This document shows, piece by piece, positions 28,941 through 40,571 of a stretch of 64,000 nucleotides of DNA (position 1 is its first letter; each line of letters opens with the position of its first letter). The translations under genes and the position numbers were made by a program. Source of the DNA: an uncultured delta proteobacterium (GTDB lineage: Bacteria > Desulfobacterota > Desulfobacteria > Desulfobacterales > B30-G6); assembly GCA_963823335.1 (NCBI GenBank), contig CAWGLD010000001.1, positions 384,001 through 448,000 of the forward strand. Direction: 5' to 3'. The notes under the pieces are model-generated. The model was not told the origin of the DNA. It did not search any database and saw only the letters and a program-made list of their open reading frames with translations.

Positions 28941-30103
28941 TTAATCGTTCTTGGCCTTGGCAGGGTGCGGCATTTTCCACTTCCCACTCATGATCTCCGG
29001 CTCCGGGAGATAATAGCGTGCGGCCACGTCGAACGGCCCGGCGGGAACCTCAAGGCAGTTCAGGTCGCCGTCTTCGCACTTGCACCTTGAAGCGGAAGGT
29101 GTAGGTGCCGTCCTCATTCTTGACGGCGGTCGTGTTGTTGATGTGGTAGCGGTTGTCGTCGTTGGGGTGGAGGCGACCGGTGGTGGAGTCATAGACAGTG
29201 ATCGACCAGAAGGAGTTGACCGGAGGCGCCTCCGTCACCAGCACGTATTCGCCCTTCGAGCCTTCGAGGGTCTCACCGGACGCGTCGGTAAACATCGACT
29301 CGTAGGCACTGTGAGAGGTTGATGGTCCACCCCAACCCACCTTGGTGCCGGCGGAGTGGTAGAGATAGGGGACATCCTTGCCGGGTTCCTGGCCTGGCCC
29401 GACGATCATCTTGGAAAACGGCACGGACCTCGCCGTCTCATCCATGCGCTTGTTGGCTTCCTGCGCCACCTGCTCGTCGAAACCACTCAGGAGATCGACT
29501 GCGGGCATCTCGCGGATGGTCGGCCCTTCAATGGTGATGCCGTCGAAAACGGCTTGTGCACCCGCCATGTCGGCAGCGTCATTCGGATCCTTTACTTCAA
29601 TCCGCGTGACGACCGCGGACAGGAGCGACGGCACTTCAACAGCCTCACCCGTGATGGTCTCGGGTTTCTCGCCATGGTAGAGCGTATAGCTGCCGTCCGG
29701 ACCGATGATGTTGCGGTAATTCGCGTTCCGGTCATCCTGTAGCTGAAACGAGCTGAATCGCTCCTTCGAAGGCGAATCCGAGCGAAGCACCACCGGCCCG
29801 TCCCCGAGGTAGACGAACGCCGTCTTGTAGAGGGTGTCGTTGTTGCTCCGGACGATCTTGTCCTCACCGGCCTTGAGCAGGTCCCGTGACGCCTGGCCCC
29901 ATTGATTCAGCTTTCCGGGATCTCCTCCCGTGAGCTGCATGACGTAGTCAAAAGTCTCCTGGTAGGGAAACTTTTGAATGTAGTCTTCCACCTGTTTCTC
30001 AAAGTCATCCTTTGGAGAGTCTGCGGCCATCACCGGGAAACCGGGAACGATCGTCATTGCGACGATTAGTGCCGTGAATAACTAAAATTGTTTGGATTCG
30101 CAT
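28941..30103 (-). pseudogene. DUF1214 (DUF1254-associated) periplasmic protein, frameshifts near both ends
   Basis: RSNNDTLY, PPVNSFWSITVYD, RYHIN, ARYYLP. Confidence 0.78.
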
Positions 30104-30176
30104 GTTGTTTCTCCTATTTTTTGGGTTCGGGGGTCATCGGGGTGCATCTGCACCACGAGGAAAAACCCTTGTCGTC

Positions 30177-31660
30177 TCAATCCACGCGCACCACGCCCGG
30201 CATGTCGTAGCTGGCGTCGATCAGCGGCGTGGCGGCGCCGTAGAAACGAGCGGTGAAGCGGAAGCCTTCCTTTGGCGCGGGCAGCCAGTTCTGGCGCTGT
30301 TTCGGGTCGGTCGGCTCATCGTGCTGGACATAGATCACCAGCTTGCCGTCCTCGGTGTGGAGCTTGCCGCGCTCGAGCATGAAGCTGTTGAGCGAGTAGC
30401 GGTCGATCGGGTTATCGTAGAAATAGCCCTCGGAATCGTAGAGCGGCATTTCCCAGAACTCGGTGACCGGAGGCATGTCGTTCAGGTCGAAGGTGATCGT
30501 GTAGCGGTGCTCGCCCGAGAGCGGCCGGCCATCGGCATCGTCCCAGCAGTTTGCGGACGTATGCGAGCGGGAGGGAACGGGGGCGAGAACAGCCTGCAAC
30601 CCGGCCCATGCCCGCCACTGCCAGTTGGTGTCCTTGTAGCCAAGATCGTTGTCGAACTTCCAGCCATTTGGGCCTTCGGTGAAGTTCATGGCCATCCCTT
30701 CCAGCACTTCCTGCTTTCCCTCCTCGATTCCTGCCTCTACCGCAGCCGTGATCTCGGGTGTCATTCCGGTGGGTCGAAGGGTGTGCCGGCCTTGAGGCCG
30801 AGGCGTTCGAAGCGCGCGAGCGCAGTGATCTCTTTATGCCCGTCGGTCTGTTTGGTGAAGCTGGAATCGTTCAGCACCAGGCTGACCCAGCGCAGGAAGT
30901 CCACGCCGGTGAGCTTGCCCGGTTCACGGACCTTCTCCATGCCAGGATAGGTGGGATAGTCGGCCTTGGTCAGCGGCACATCCTCGGCCCTCACCTCCTT
31001 GCGTCCGGCAGCAATCCACTGGCTGAGGGACATGGCCGTGATGCGGTCCTGGATGGCGTTGACGATCTGGACCTCTTCCTCCGTATCGTCGGTGAGAGCG
31101 ACGCGTGCCAGCACCCCGGCAAAGTCGGACTGGGACTTCACGATGTCGGCCCCGACGAAGCCGTCGGGCAGCTTGCCGCTCCAGTTCGGGCCGATCAGCA
31201 ACCGCCGAACGGGGCCGGGCGCATTGAACTGGCTGCCGATCATGTGCCACCAGCGCGCGTAGTTATCGTGAAGGTGGACGCTCCAGTAATGATCCTCGAT
31301 TTCGGGGACGATAATGACCGCGGGTTCCTCGGACAGATCAAACATGCCAACGCCATAGAGCGTGGAGGCGTTGGGTGTGGTAGCGACGCGCGGCAGGGCC
31401 TTCATGGGTTCGCGAAACCAACTCAGGCGATTGATGCCCGCAGCGCGCGGGTTCAGTTCGTTCTGCGCGAAGTTGAAGCGCAGGTGGTAGATGGCCACCG
31501 GGTGCATGCCCCACAGGAATGCTTCCTTGGCGATTTCCTTCGCCTCGGCGGGAGTGAGTTTCTCATCGGCGCCAGTTGCCGCCAGCACCGAGAAACAGGG
31601 GACGATGATAATGACAGTGACCAGTAGGCTAAGGAGTCGTGTTTTCATCATCTTTCTCAT
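30177..31660 (-). pseudogene. DUF1254/DUF1214 periplasmic protein, frameshift near 30765
   Basis: TPNASTLY..FDLSEEP; PPVTEFWEMPLYD, NPIDRYSL, NWLPAP. Confidence 0.82.
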
Positions 31661-31735
31661 TGGTCGTTCTCCTTGTTGTTCTCTCAATTTGTCATAGGGA
31701 TAAGGAGGGATGATACATCCTATATCAACGGATGC

Positions 31736-33169
31736 TTATTTCAGCATTTCCGCCTTGGGCGCCTTCCAGGTCTTCATCTTCTCCAGGTCGGGCACGTAGA
31801 TGCGCAGGACCATATCCATGACTTCATCCTTGCGGTTGATCGGCAGCCAGTTCTCCTCGGGCACGCCCTCGGGTTTCTCGGCGGCGACGTGGATCTCGAT
31901 GCCGCCGTTCTCGTCGAGCTTCATCCCGGCGTTCTCGCCGACGCTGTATTTCTTCCGGTCATTGGGAATGAAGAAGCCGTTGTTGAGGTCGTAGAGAGTG
32001 ACCGACCAGAAGACCTCGGTGGGCGGAAGCTCGTCCGCGGTCATCCGGACCACGTAGTCGTTCATGGCATTGATCGGCTCGCCGTCGGTGGTGAGCACGG
32101 CCGGGTAGACCGCCTCGGTGGCCGGCATGCCGATCGGGCCGAGCACCGACTGGAAGACCAGCAGGTCCAGGGACATCTGCCCCTTGGGCAGGAACTTGCC
32201 GACCAGTTCCTTCTTGGCGAACTCCTTGTCGGAGGTTCTGGCCATCTCCTCGGCGAAGACCTTCTCGGAGACCTCGCGGAACTGTTTCCCGTCGATCTTC
32301 GACACCTTGGCGGGATCGAACTCCTGTCCGGGCACGACGCCCAGCGGCTTGTAGGCCGCCAGCACCGCCTGGTCGAGTTCGTCGTCCGGGTCGAAGGTGG
32401 TGTGGTTGAACACGAATTGCATGACTTCGAGCAGGTTGTTGCCGAAGATGTCCGCGTCCCGCTTGCCGACGTCGGGGAACTCGATGTCGTCGATCGGCTT
32501 GGCCGGCTGGCCGCGCAATTCCGAGAGCGTGGCGACCTTCACCTGCTCCATCTGCCCGACGATGCGCTTGAAGCGCTCCTCGTCGCGGGCATGGGGCATG
32601 ATCCGCAGGACCGCCGAAATGAAGTCGCCGCTGCACTCGAAGACCCGGTCGACTCCCTCGACCGGCTCGCCGTTGTAGCCCTCGGTGCGCGCGGTGTAGA
32701 AGAGCATCTTCTCCGGCTTCTTGAAGTCGCCGAGCCGGGTCGCCATGGGGACGTTGACGTAGTGGTCGTAGCCGGTGACCATCAGCGAGACGTAGTCCGA
32801 GTCGAAGGCCGGCATCTCGAGGATCACCGGGTCCTTGCGCAGGTCGAGCAGCGCGGAGATGTAGAGCGTGTCGTTGTTGGGCCGCGCGATCTCGCGCATG
32901 GTGTGGTCCTTGAGCTTGGTGTCGGCGTCGATCGTGTTCCAGCCGCCCTGCTTGAGCGCGAACTTGTTGTTCACGTTGTACATGGCGACGTACTGGTAGG
33001 AGCGCCGGACGAGGTTTCTTCACTCTGGTCATCGCTTAGTTTGATTGTGTCTTGTGCCTTGGTTTCGACAGGGGGTATTTCCTGTTTGGCTAAGGTTTTT
33101 TCCTCTTTTGTGCATCCCACAAGGAGATACAAGCGCGAAACAAACGAATAATAAAGTGACTTTTTTCAT
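31736..33169 (-). pseudogene. DUF1254/DUF1214 protein, frameshift(s) in the N-terminal region
   Basis: RPNNDTLY..LDLRKDPV; FWSVTLYD, NWLP, LRIYVP; signal-like MKKVTLLFVCFAL at 33169 is out of frame. Confidence 0.82.
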
Positions 33170-33452
33170 TACATTACCTCCATCCTTTTCTGATTACTAT
33201 TTAAATTATCTGCTTATCCACTTCTACCTTCATCTTTAGTGGCAGAGAATTCAGTCAACCACCACCCTGTACATTTGTTATGACATTACACATCAAATAG
33301 TTAGGAGATTTAAAGCTATTTTTCACTCGGATTTACCACATAATCCAGATCAAGGAACCTTCAACGAGATGTTTCAGTAGGGATCACTTACGGCCGCGAA
33401 GCATCTCAATTTCGACTTTTACGGCTACAAATAGCAGTGACATCCTCCGTCG

Positions 33453-34559
33453 TCAGTGCTGATCAATGGTATTCAAAACACTCCCGGCTAACGCTCTTTC
33501 TGATGCAATCTGATCGGCAGCGGCGATGATAAGATCTGCTAACCGGTAAGCGGCCAAAGTAATGCGCCGGTGAGCCACATCCTGTAATTTCTCCCAGTAT
33601 TCGGCAGGCACTTCCGGGGCCTCTTCCACCGGGGAGATCCCTTCGAGTGCGAATTTCACCATTTTCCTTACCAACTTGTCCGTATCTTGATCCGTATCCG
33701 GGTCACTGACCGTTTCGATCCCATATCCGTAGGCAAAATCCACCGCCACCTTGTAACTCTCCCGCGCCCATTTCTCAAAAACGTCCGGCCCGCTGTAAGC
33801 GGCCAGCTCAGGGAAAGCAGAGCGCGGATACTTTTTCACCAATTCCTGCGCGTTACGGTCGATATCTTCCAATTTTTGCGACCGCAGGTTATTGCTGTCC
33901 CAAAGCATATGCAGCGGAATTGTCGACTCACCCAGAGGGTCTGCAACGTACTCAAGGGTACCCGCAGCATTTCCGGTCGGAAATTGCTTCGAAAAGCGAT
34001 CACTGACATGAAGGGGCTGGTGGATGTCGCCGACCATATGGAGCATCCAGCTCAGGGCACTGGCGCGTTCGGTAGGACTGGTTTCAGAACTCGACAGCAT
34101 GGCATAATTCAATACCAGGGCTTCGATCGCCTGTCCTGCAGGCTTACCTTTGCGAGCCGCAGCTAAAGCCTTGGTCTCGGGCGGGGCGTCTTTTTCGACA
34201 ATGGCCCAGCGGGCCGTATGCCAGGTGGGTCGATCATAGATCGTCCATTTGTTGTCGTCGGGCCAGCGTGCAGCTTCGATGAACATGCGCCGGGCGCGTT
34301 CCTTGCCCCTTGCATCTCCAGAAGCCACCCAGAATGGACTTATATCCGGATGCTTCAACATAACCAGCCCGATCTTTTCAATCAGATCGGGGCGCGCGTG
34401 TTCGATTTCGGTGAATGCGATGGCTGCGCAGGTCATGTGCGAAGGGTGGTCCCAGGCATGTACCCCGGTGGCACATGCCAAAAAGGCTACAGCCAGAATG
34501 ACGAATCCATATTCACCCGTACAACCCATGATTGTGTCCATTATTTGTAATTGGCTCAT
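33453..34559 (-). CDS. S1/P1 nuclease
   Basis: AW..SH, WPD, WH, HMVGDIHQPLH, LHMLWD Zn-ligand motifs. Confidence 0.88.
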   Translation of the reverse strand: MSQLQIMDTIMGCTGEYGFVILAVAFLACATGVHAWDHPSHMTCAAIAFTEIEHARPDLIEKIGLVMLKHPDISPFWVASGDARGKERARRMFIEAARWPDDNKWTIYDRPTWHTARWAIVEKDAPPETKALAAARKGKPAGQAIEALVLNYAMLSSSETSPTERASALSWMLHMVGDIHQPLHVSDRFSKQFPTGNAAGTLEYVADPLGESTIPLHMLWDSNNLRSQKLEDIDRNAQELVKKYPRSAFPELAAYSGPDVFEKWARESYKVAVDFAYGYGIETVSDPDTDQDTDKLVRKMVKFALEGISPVEEAPEVPAEYWEKLQDVAHRRITLAAYRLADLIIAAADQIASERALAGSVLNTIDQH

Positions 34560-34612
34560 CTTGATGATCTCCTTTCTTTGCTGGCTCTTTTAATCTTGAT
34601 TAGGGTCTAATT

Positions 34613-34807
34613 CCCCACGGCTTGCCGCGAGTCGTCATTCCGGCGAAAGCCGAGCACGAAGTGAAGCTTTAGCGCTATCCAGAAATATAAACTGGATGCC
34701 GGATCACGTCCGGCATGACAAGAGATCCCCCGTAGCTTGCTGCGGGGTAGTTCATTTCATCATTATCCGGCGAGCGTGAAAACTCTGGCGCTTTCGCGGG
34801 AATGACA
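34613..34807. repeat. cluster of REP-like palindromes
   Basis: GTCATTCCGGCGAAAGCCG; ATGCCGGATCACGTCCGGCATGAC; CCCCGTAGCTTGCTGCGGGGTAGTTCAT; CTTTCGCGGGAATGAC. Confidence 0.65.
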
Positions 34808-34854
34808 ACCTTAACCTATTTAATTGCCGGAGTAATATCATGTTTTGAGAATAT

Positions 34855-36573
34855 TTAACGATGCAAGACCTCGCTTAACGGGACGCCAGTTGCTCCGGAA
34901 GGAGATTTCACCCTCAGGTATTTTGAAAGCGTTAATGCAATGTCCACAGTCTGGACTTCCCGGAAAACAGTTTGGGCTTCCAGGTCATTTCCGGCAAAAA
35001 TAATGGGAACAAATGTATCATAACGCCAGGGGGAACCATGGGTACTGGCGACCGTTAACCCGTCAAAATCGTTTACAAACCAGTGGGGTTCGAGAACCAG
35101 GTAGATATCTCCGGAGCGTTTCGGATTAAAGTTACGAAGTATCTGCCGATACAGCCGGGTATCCGGAATCTTTCCTTCTACCAGGTCAATGCTTGGAACC
35201 GCATAAGCAACCCCTTTAAATTTAGCGAGTTCTTCGGCAATGGCCCGTGACACTTCATTCTCATCCAGTTTGTGCTTCCGTATTATCTCATTATTCAGAT
35301 AAATATACGGATGACTGAACCCGGATATAAGCTCCTGGGCGATACCGTATTTCGATTTTATTTTTTCAATGGCCTTTTCTTTATCCAGGCTGTCTACGAC
35401 AAAATACTGCGCATCAATACCGAATTCATTGAGCTGAGCCGGGACCGCAGCCGCACCATGGTCGGCGGAAAAAACAATGAGGGTATTTTTCAGCCCCACC
35501 TGTTTATCAATAAAGGCGAATAATTCGGACAGGGTTTTGTCGAGATGCAGCAGATTGTCTTCGCTTTCCAGGCTGGACGGGCCGAACATATGACCCACAT
35601 AATCCGTGGAAGAAAAACTGATGGACAAGTAATCGGTGATCTCATCTTTGCCCAGATCTTCCTTAACAACCAGCTCCTGAGCAAACTGGAGGCATAACTC
35701 ATCACCTGCGGGGCTGCAGGTGAGCAGCGTTGTGAACAACTTGCCGTCCGCCTTGCCAAACGGATGCGGAAACACGACACCATAGCCGGGAAGGTTGGTT
35801 TCATAGGGCATATCATCGAAGTCGCCGTAGGTGTATGTTGACTTGTCATGCATCAGTTCCCAGTTTGTATCGGCATACGCCATCGGAACCTTTTTTTGAT
35901 TCCACTCATCAACCCATTGGGGATACGCATCGTAATAATAAGTGCTTGTAACAAACGCCCCTTTTGCCTTGGAAAACCAGAACGCTTTTCCCGCGTGGCC
36001 TGCCAGGGTGACCGCCCCGCGGTCTTTCACCGACACCCCGAATATTTTGGCTTTACCGTGGGTCCTTAACGCCAGTTCATCGCTGAATGTGGTGGTCAAC
36101 ATTGCTGCAGGGGATCGGCCTTCCGTTCCTGCCAGTTTCTGGGTGGGATCGAGTTCCGCATTTTTATCCACACCGCCGCCTTCACCGACCATCTGGTAGC
36201 GGTCATCTTCGATGTTGTAGACCGTCCGGTTGAGTTCCTTATCAAACCAGATATTGCCGATCATGCCGTGATCAGCAGGATCCGCGCCGGTTGCCAGCGT
36301 CGCATGCCCCACCACGGTTTCGGTATTGGCATGGCGGTGATGCGCGTTTTCATATACGATCCCTTTTTCGTACAAATAACGGAAACCGCCTTTTCCCCAT
36401 CGGTCGTAAACGGATCCGGGCATGTCACCCCTTAACTGATCAATCGTAATCTGAAGAATCAGTTTTGGAGATTTTGAGAGATTCCCCTGAGCGCTGGCAT
36501 TTGCAACGGGCAGTGACAGGATGAGGGCCGTTATTACAATCGGTATGTTTAAATATTTTTTTACTGAGTCCAT
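34855..36573 (-). CDS. alkaline phosphatase superfamily protein (PafA/NPP-like)
   Basis: IDQLR, TETVVGHAT (Thr nucleophile), KDR, DYVGHMFGP, ADHG, THGSPWRYD. Confidence 0.9.
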   Translation of the reverse strand: MDSVKKYLNIPIVITALILSLPVANASAQGNLSKSPKLILQITIDQLRGDMPGSVYDRWGKGGFRYLYEKGIVYENAHHRHANTETVVGHATLATGADPADHGMIGNIWFDKELNRTVYNIEDDRYQMVGEGGGVDKNAELDPTQKLAGTEGRSPAAMLTTTFSDELALRTHGKAKIFGVSVKDRGAVTLAGHAGKAFWFSKAKGAFVTSTYYYDAYPQWVDEWNQKKVPMAYADTNWELMHDKSTYTYGDFDDMPYETNLPGYGVVFPHPFGKADGKLFTTLLTCSPAGDELCLQFAQELVVKEDLGKDEITDYLSISFSSTDYVGHMFGPSSLESEDNLLHLDKTLSELFAFIDKQVGLKNTLIVFSADHGAAAVPAQLNEFGIDAQYFVVDSLDKEKAIEKIKSKYGIAQELISGFSHPYIYLNNEIIRKHKLDENEVSRAIAEELAKFKGVAYAVPSIDLVEGKIPDTRLYRQILRNFNPKRSGDIYLVLEPHWFVNDFDGLTVASTHGSPWRYDTFVPIIFAGNDLEAQTVFREVQTVDIALTLSKYLRVKSPSGATGVPLSEVLHR

Positions 36574-36716
36574 AAATCCTCCAATTTTAAGGTTCTTGAA
36601 GTTTTCTTTTATTTAAAATGCTTATCGGCTTCCCACAATACCCTATATCTGAAAGCTCCAATCTATCTTTATTCTTCTTCATTTTAGTTTTACCCTAACT
36701 CGAAAAAATGATTAGT

Positions 36717-36791
36717 CAAAGGAGACGGCACGTCTCCATAAAGTTCAGGTTCGGAACCGCGTGCCGAGCACACGGTTTGTAGAACAATCAA
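36717..36791. repeat. ~74-nt two-hairpin repeat, copy 1
   Basis: Near-identical to 45568-45641 and 57185-57258. Confidence 0.85.
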
Positions 36792-37174
36792 TGCAAATCA
36801 CCACTTCAGGAACAGTCTTCATTCAAGCATCCCATAATTTCACACGCCAGGCTTTGGATAAGTTCACCGTATTCTTTCCTGCGTGCTACGGCTTCATCAG
36901 AGTTCATATTATTCCAATGCGTTAGCGCATTAACACATACCTGGTAATCTCCACATATACTTTGAAAGGACACATTCCTATTGAAAAGCTCTGTTGGAAT
37001 GTCTTTAAATTCTGGAAACCGTTTTATAACTAAAAAAGGCAGGCTTGACGATTAAAATGGTATCTTATATATATCAACACGTCATATAGTTTAGGTTAAA
37101 CTAGGGTTATATTAAGCCACGAACCCTTTATCATTTTCAATGCTTGTTTTTAACCAGAAGAAAAACGTAAGACT

Positions 37175-38779
37175 ATGCCAAGAGACAGAATCTTCACCAT
37201 GGACCACACCGAGGCATTGGAACCCCCGAACCACGCGCTGATCCAAAGCCAGATGCGAAAAATTTTGTCCAGCGATGAATTCGACGCTACAGAACAGCAG
37301 CGTAATTTTTTTAAATTTGTTATTGAAGAAACACTTGCGGGGCGACAAGATATCATCAAAGGTTACACAATCGCCACCCAGGTACTTGGCCGGTTACCGG
37401 ATTTCAATGCATCGGCAGATCCCATTGTAAGTGTGCAGGCGAGCAAACTGCGCCGATCTCTGGAGCGATATTATCTGATTGCAGGACATCGAGACCCCGT
37501 GCGGATCGATATCCCCAAGGGTAGATATGTGCCGACCTTTACCGAACAAGCCGTCGCCGAACCGGATGCGGTGTTGAAAAAAAGGCAATGAGAAACGACA
37601 TGGCGGCTTCATGGCCATCCGTGCTGGTCCTGCCTTTTAAAAACATGACAGGAGACCCGGGTAAAGATATACTGGGGATAGGTTTTTCGAGAGAATTGGC
37701 TGTTGAGTTTGGCCGTTTCCAGGAGATAGCGGTGCTATTTCCTTTAGAAGGAGCCATAGAAACAGGTTCAGCCAATACATCCCGATTTGTCCTGAGCGGC
37801 AGCGTTTACGAACACGGCAACGGGATAAAGATCATTGCTCATATGGTCGATACGCAAACCGGTAAACAAGTATGGGGAGATTCCCACAAATCAAATCTCG
37901 ACGTCGGGAAATTTCACGCCTTCCAAGATAAGGTCGTTCCTGTAATGGCCGCCAAAATCGGTGGTGAAGTCGGCATCATTCCAAAGCTTTTGTCCATCGA
38001 ATCGAGAAACAAGGCACCCATCGAAATCAGTACGTATGAGGCCATTCTGCGGTGTTACGAATACGAACAGACCCTCGCCCCTGAAAGCTTCTTGAGAGCG
38101 ATGGAAGCATTGAAACAAGCGAGAAATACCGAGCCGGAATGCGACCAAATCTGGAGTTTGTCGGCCCGCCTGTATGGGATTATCTACAGCCTGGATATAC
38201 CCGGTTTCGAGAATCCTCTTGAAAAGGCAATCGCGTATGCTGAAAAGAGTGTTCGCATGAACCCGGACAATCAACGAAACGTGGCCATTTTGGCCTACAT
38301 TCGCTTTCACAGCAATGAACTGTCGGCTGCCATCATCGAAGCTGACCGGGCACTTGAACTTAACCCCAATTCTTTGTTCGTTATGGATAGCCTTGCCTTT
38401 ATCATGACGCTTTCGGGCGAATGGGAACGTGGGACCGCATTGGCGAGGAAAGCCATCAGACGCAATCCATACCATAGATCGATTGCACATAATGCACTGT
38501 GGGTCGATTACCTGCGCCAGGGGGATTATGACCTTGCGTACATAGAAACCATGAGTCGTCGTCGGTCGGCCTCATTTCTGGTATCATCTGGCTAAAGCCT
38601 CGACCCTGGGCCTGTTGGGCAGAATCGAAGAAGGAATAAAATATAGTGAAAATTTGCTCGAATTAAGGCCTGATTTCCCGAGCAAGGGCCATATTCTAAT
38701 CAGGCACTATATCAAGTTTGAAGAAATCGTACACTGCATCGTTGACGGTCTTGAAGCGGCTGGGTTGCGTATCGAATAA
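37175..38779 (+). pseudogene. TolB-like/TPR signalling or regulatory protein, frameshifts near 37580 and 38575
   Basis: EETLAGR..IKGYTIA..DPIVSVQA..IDIPKGRYVP; PSVLVLPFKN; TPR repeats; C-term GLEAAGL in a third frame. Confidence 0.72.
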
Positions 38780-39043
38780 TGACGAAAAATATAGAAACAG
38801 GAAAACATACAAACAGAAGCAACGTTGTAAATAGCTGCCCCCTTGACCCCATACAAGCCATCCTGTATATTCACTCCCGTCGTCGATTTTCCGAAAAGGA
38901 ATGAATCCTTTAGCATTTAAGCCTGGAGATTCGTATGATCCCACCCAACATCAACAAAAAAAATGTTCTTGCTGGGTGTTGACTCCAGATCGATAGACTG
39001 TTGACAAGGGAGCCCTGGTATTCCCTTAAGCCGAGAATGTTCC

Positions 39044-40571
39044 ATGAGAAATAAGACCGCCACTGGAAGTAGGAAACGCTCGTATATTATCTGGATAATT
39101 GGCTGTATAATGGCCGTAGTAGGCTTATACGCCTGTGGCGGCGATCGACCGCCACTGGAGCCCTGGCATTCTGCCAACCTGACGGAGGAATACGCGTCGG
39201 ACAAATCGGATGAAATTCAAACCTTTGATGATTATCGGCAACTGGAAGACAAGCTGTTTGCGCAACTGGAAGATAAAGTCTACGCCCGCACTGAAACAGG
39301 ATTAGATAATGCACTCGTTCGTTACAGTTCAGGCAGTGCGGCTGATCCTGAACTCCGCAAACCCAATTGGAATCACAGTTTTGAGTTGCCGGCCAGATGA
39401 ACCTTCAGGTGGGGTGTTGTTGCTGCATGGCATGACTGACTCACCGTACACCCTCCGGGCCCTGGGTGAAGCACTTAATAAGCATCATTACTGGGTCGTT
39501 GGCCCACGGTTGCCGGGCCACGGGACTGCGCCTTCAGGGCTCAGGAATATCACATGGGAGGACATGGCCAGCGTAATTCAGTTGAGTGTTAAGCACCTTG
39601 CCTCCAAGGTGGCCGAAAGCCGATTCACATTGTCGGGTTTTCAACCGGAGCGGCGCTGGCCTTGAACTTCACCCTCGATGCATTGGAAGGCAATATATCG
39701 CCTGTCCCCTCCAGTTTGGTGCTGATTTCTCCGGCTATCGGTATCCATCCGCTGGCCGGTTTGGCTGCACTGAAAAACGGTTTATCCTACATTCCGGGTC
39801 TGGGGCGCATGGCTTGGCTATCGATCCAGCCAGAGTTCGACCCTTATAAATACAACTCATTTGCCACCAATGCCGGAACCCAGGTGCATCGTGTGACCCG
39901 CTCTGTGGCCAGGCGCATTGGCCGGTGGTCGAATTCCGGCGCGCCCAAAACGTTTCCACCGACGCTGGTTTTTCTATCGACAGTCGATGCAACCGTAACA
40001 GCACGGGCAGTGGTTGAAAGTTTTCTCAGACCCCTGGGGCCTCATGGCCAGGAACTTGTTTTGTTCGATATTAATCGCTTTGTGGCGAATGACTTGTTGA
40101 CGATCAATGACCCAGGCCCGTTGACCGCTAAGCTTATGGCAGATGAAACGTTGCCCTTTGCCATTACATTTGTCACGAACGAAAACCAGGAGAGTATCCA
40201 GGTTGTCGCTCGACACAAAGACCCGTTTTCTCCTGTAGCACCCGAGCAAGATTTACTGGGTATTGCTGGGCCGACGGGTGTGATCTCATTGTCGCATGTG
40301 GCCCTGCCCTTTCCACCTGATGATCCGCTTTACGGGCGTCGCCCTCCGGACGATGAGGGGATCCTGTTTACTGGGACAGATCGCCATCCAGGGTGAGCTC
40401 GGACTGCTGAAGATCCCTTACGACTGGCTGGTGCGTCTGCGGCACAACCCGTTTTATGAATACCTGGAGAGCCGGACGGTGGCGTGGATGAAAAGGGCTG
40501 GTGAAAACCAGTCAGCTGTCGGTGAATGGTTTGAAGACATGTCATTGATCACTACAGGAGGCAAGCAATGA
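39044..40571 (+). pseudogene. alpha/beta hydrolase, three frameshifts
   Basis: LLHGMTDSPY, LPGHGT, GFSTG (across a shift), LISPAIG, SLSHVALPF spread over four ORFs. Confidence 0.75.

Noticed and set aside
31673-33151. Long antisense or alternate-frame ORFs (also 55226-56770, 46473-47588, 6320-7183, 49757-50644)
   Set aside because: Shadows of well-supported genes; no motifs; explained by codon bias
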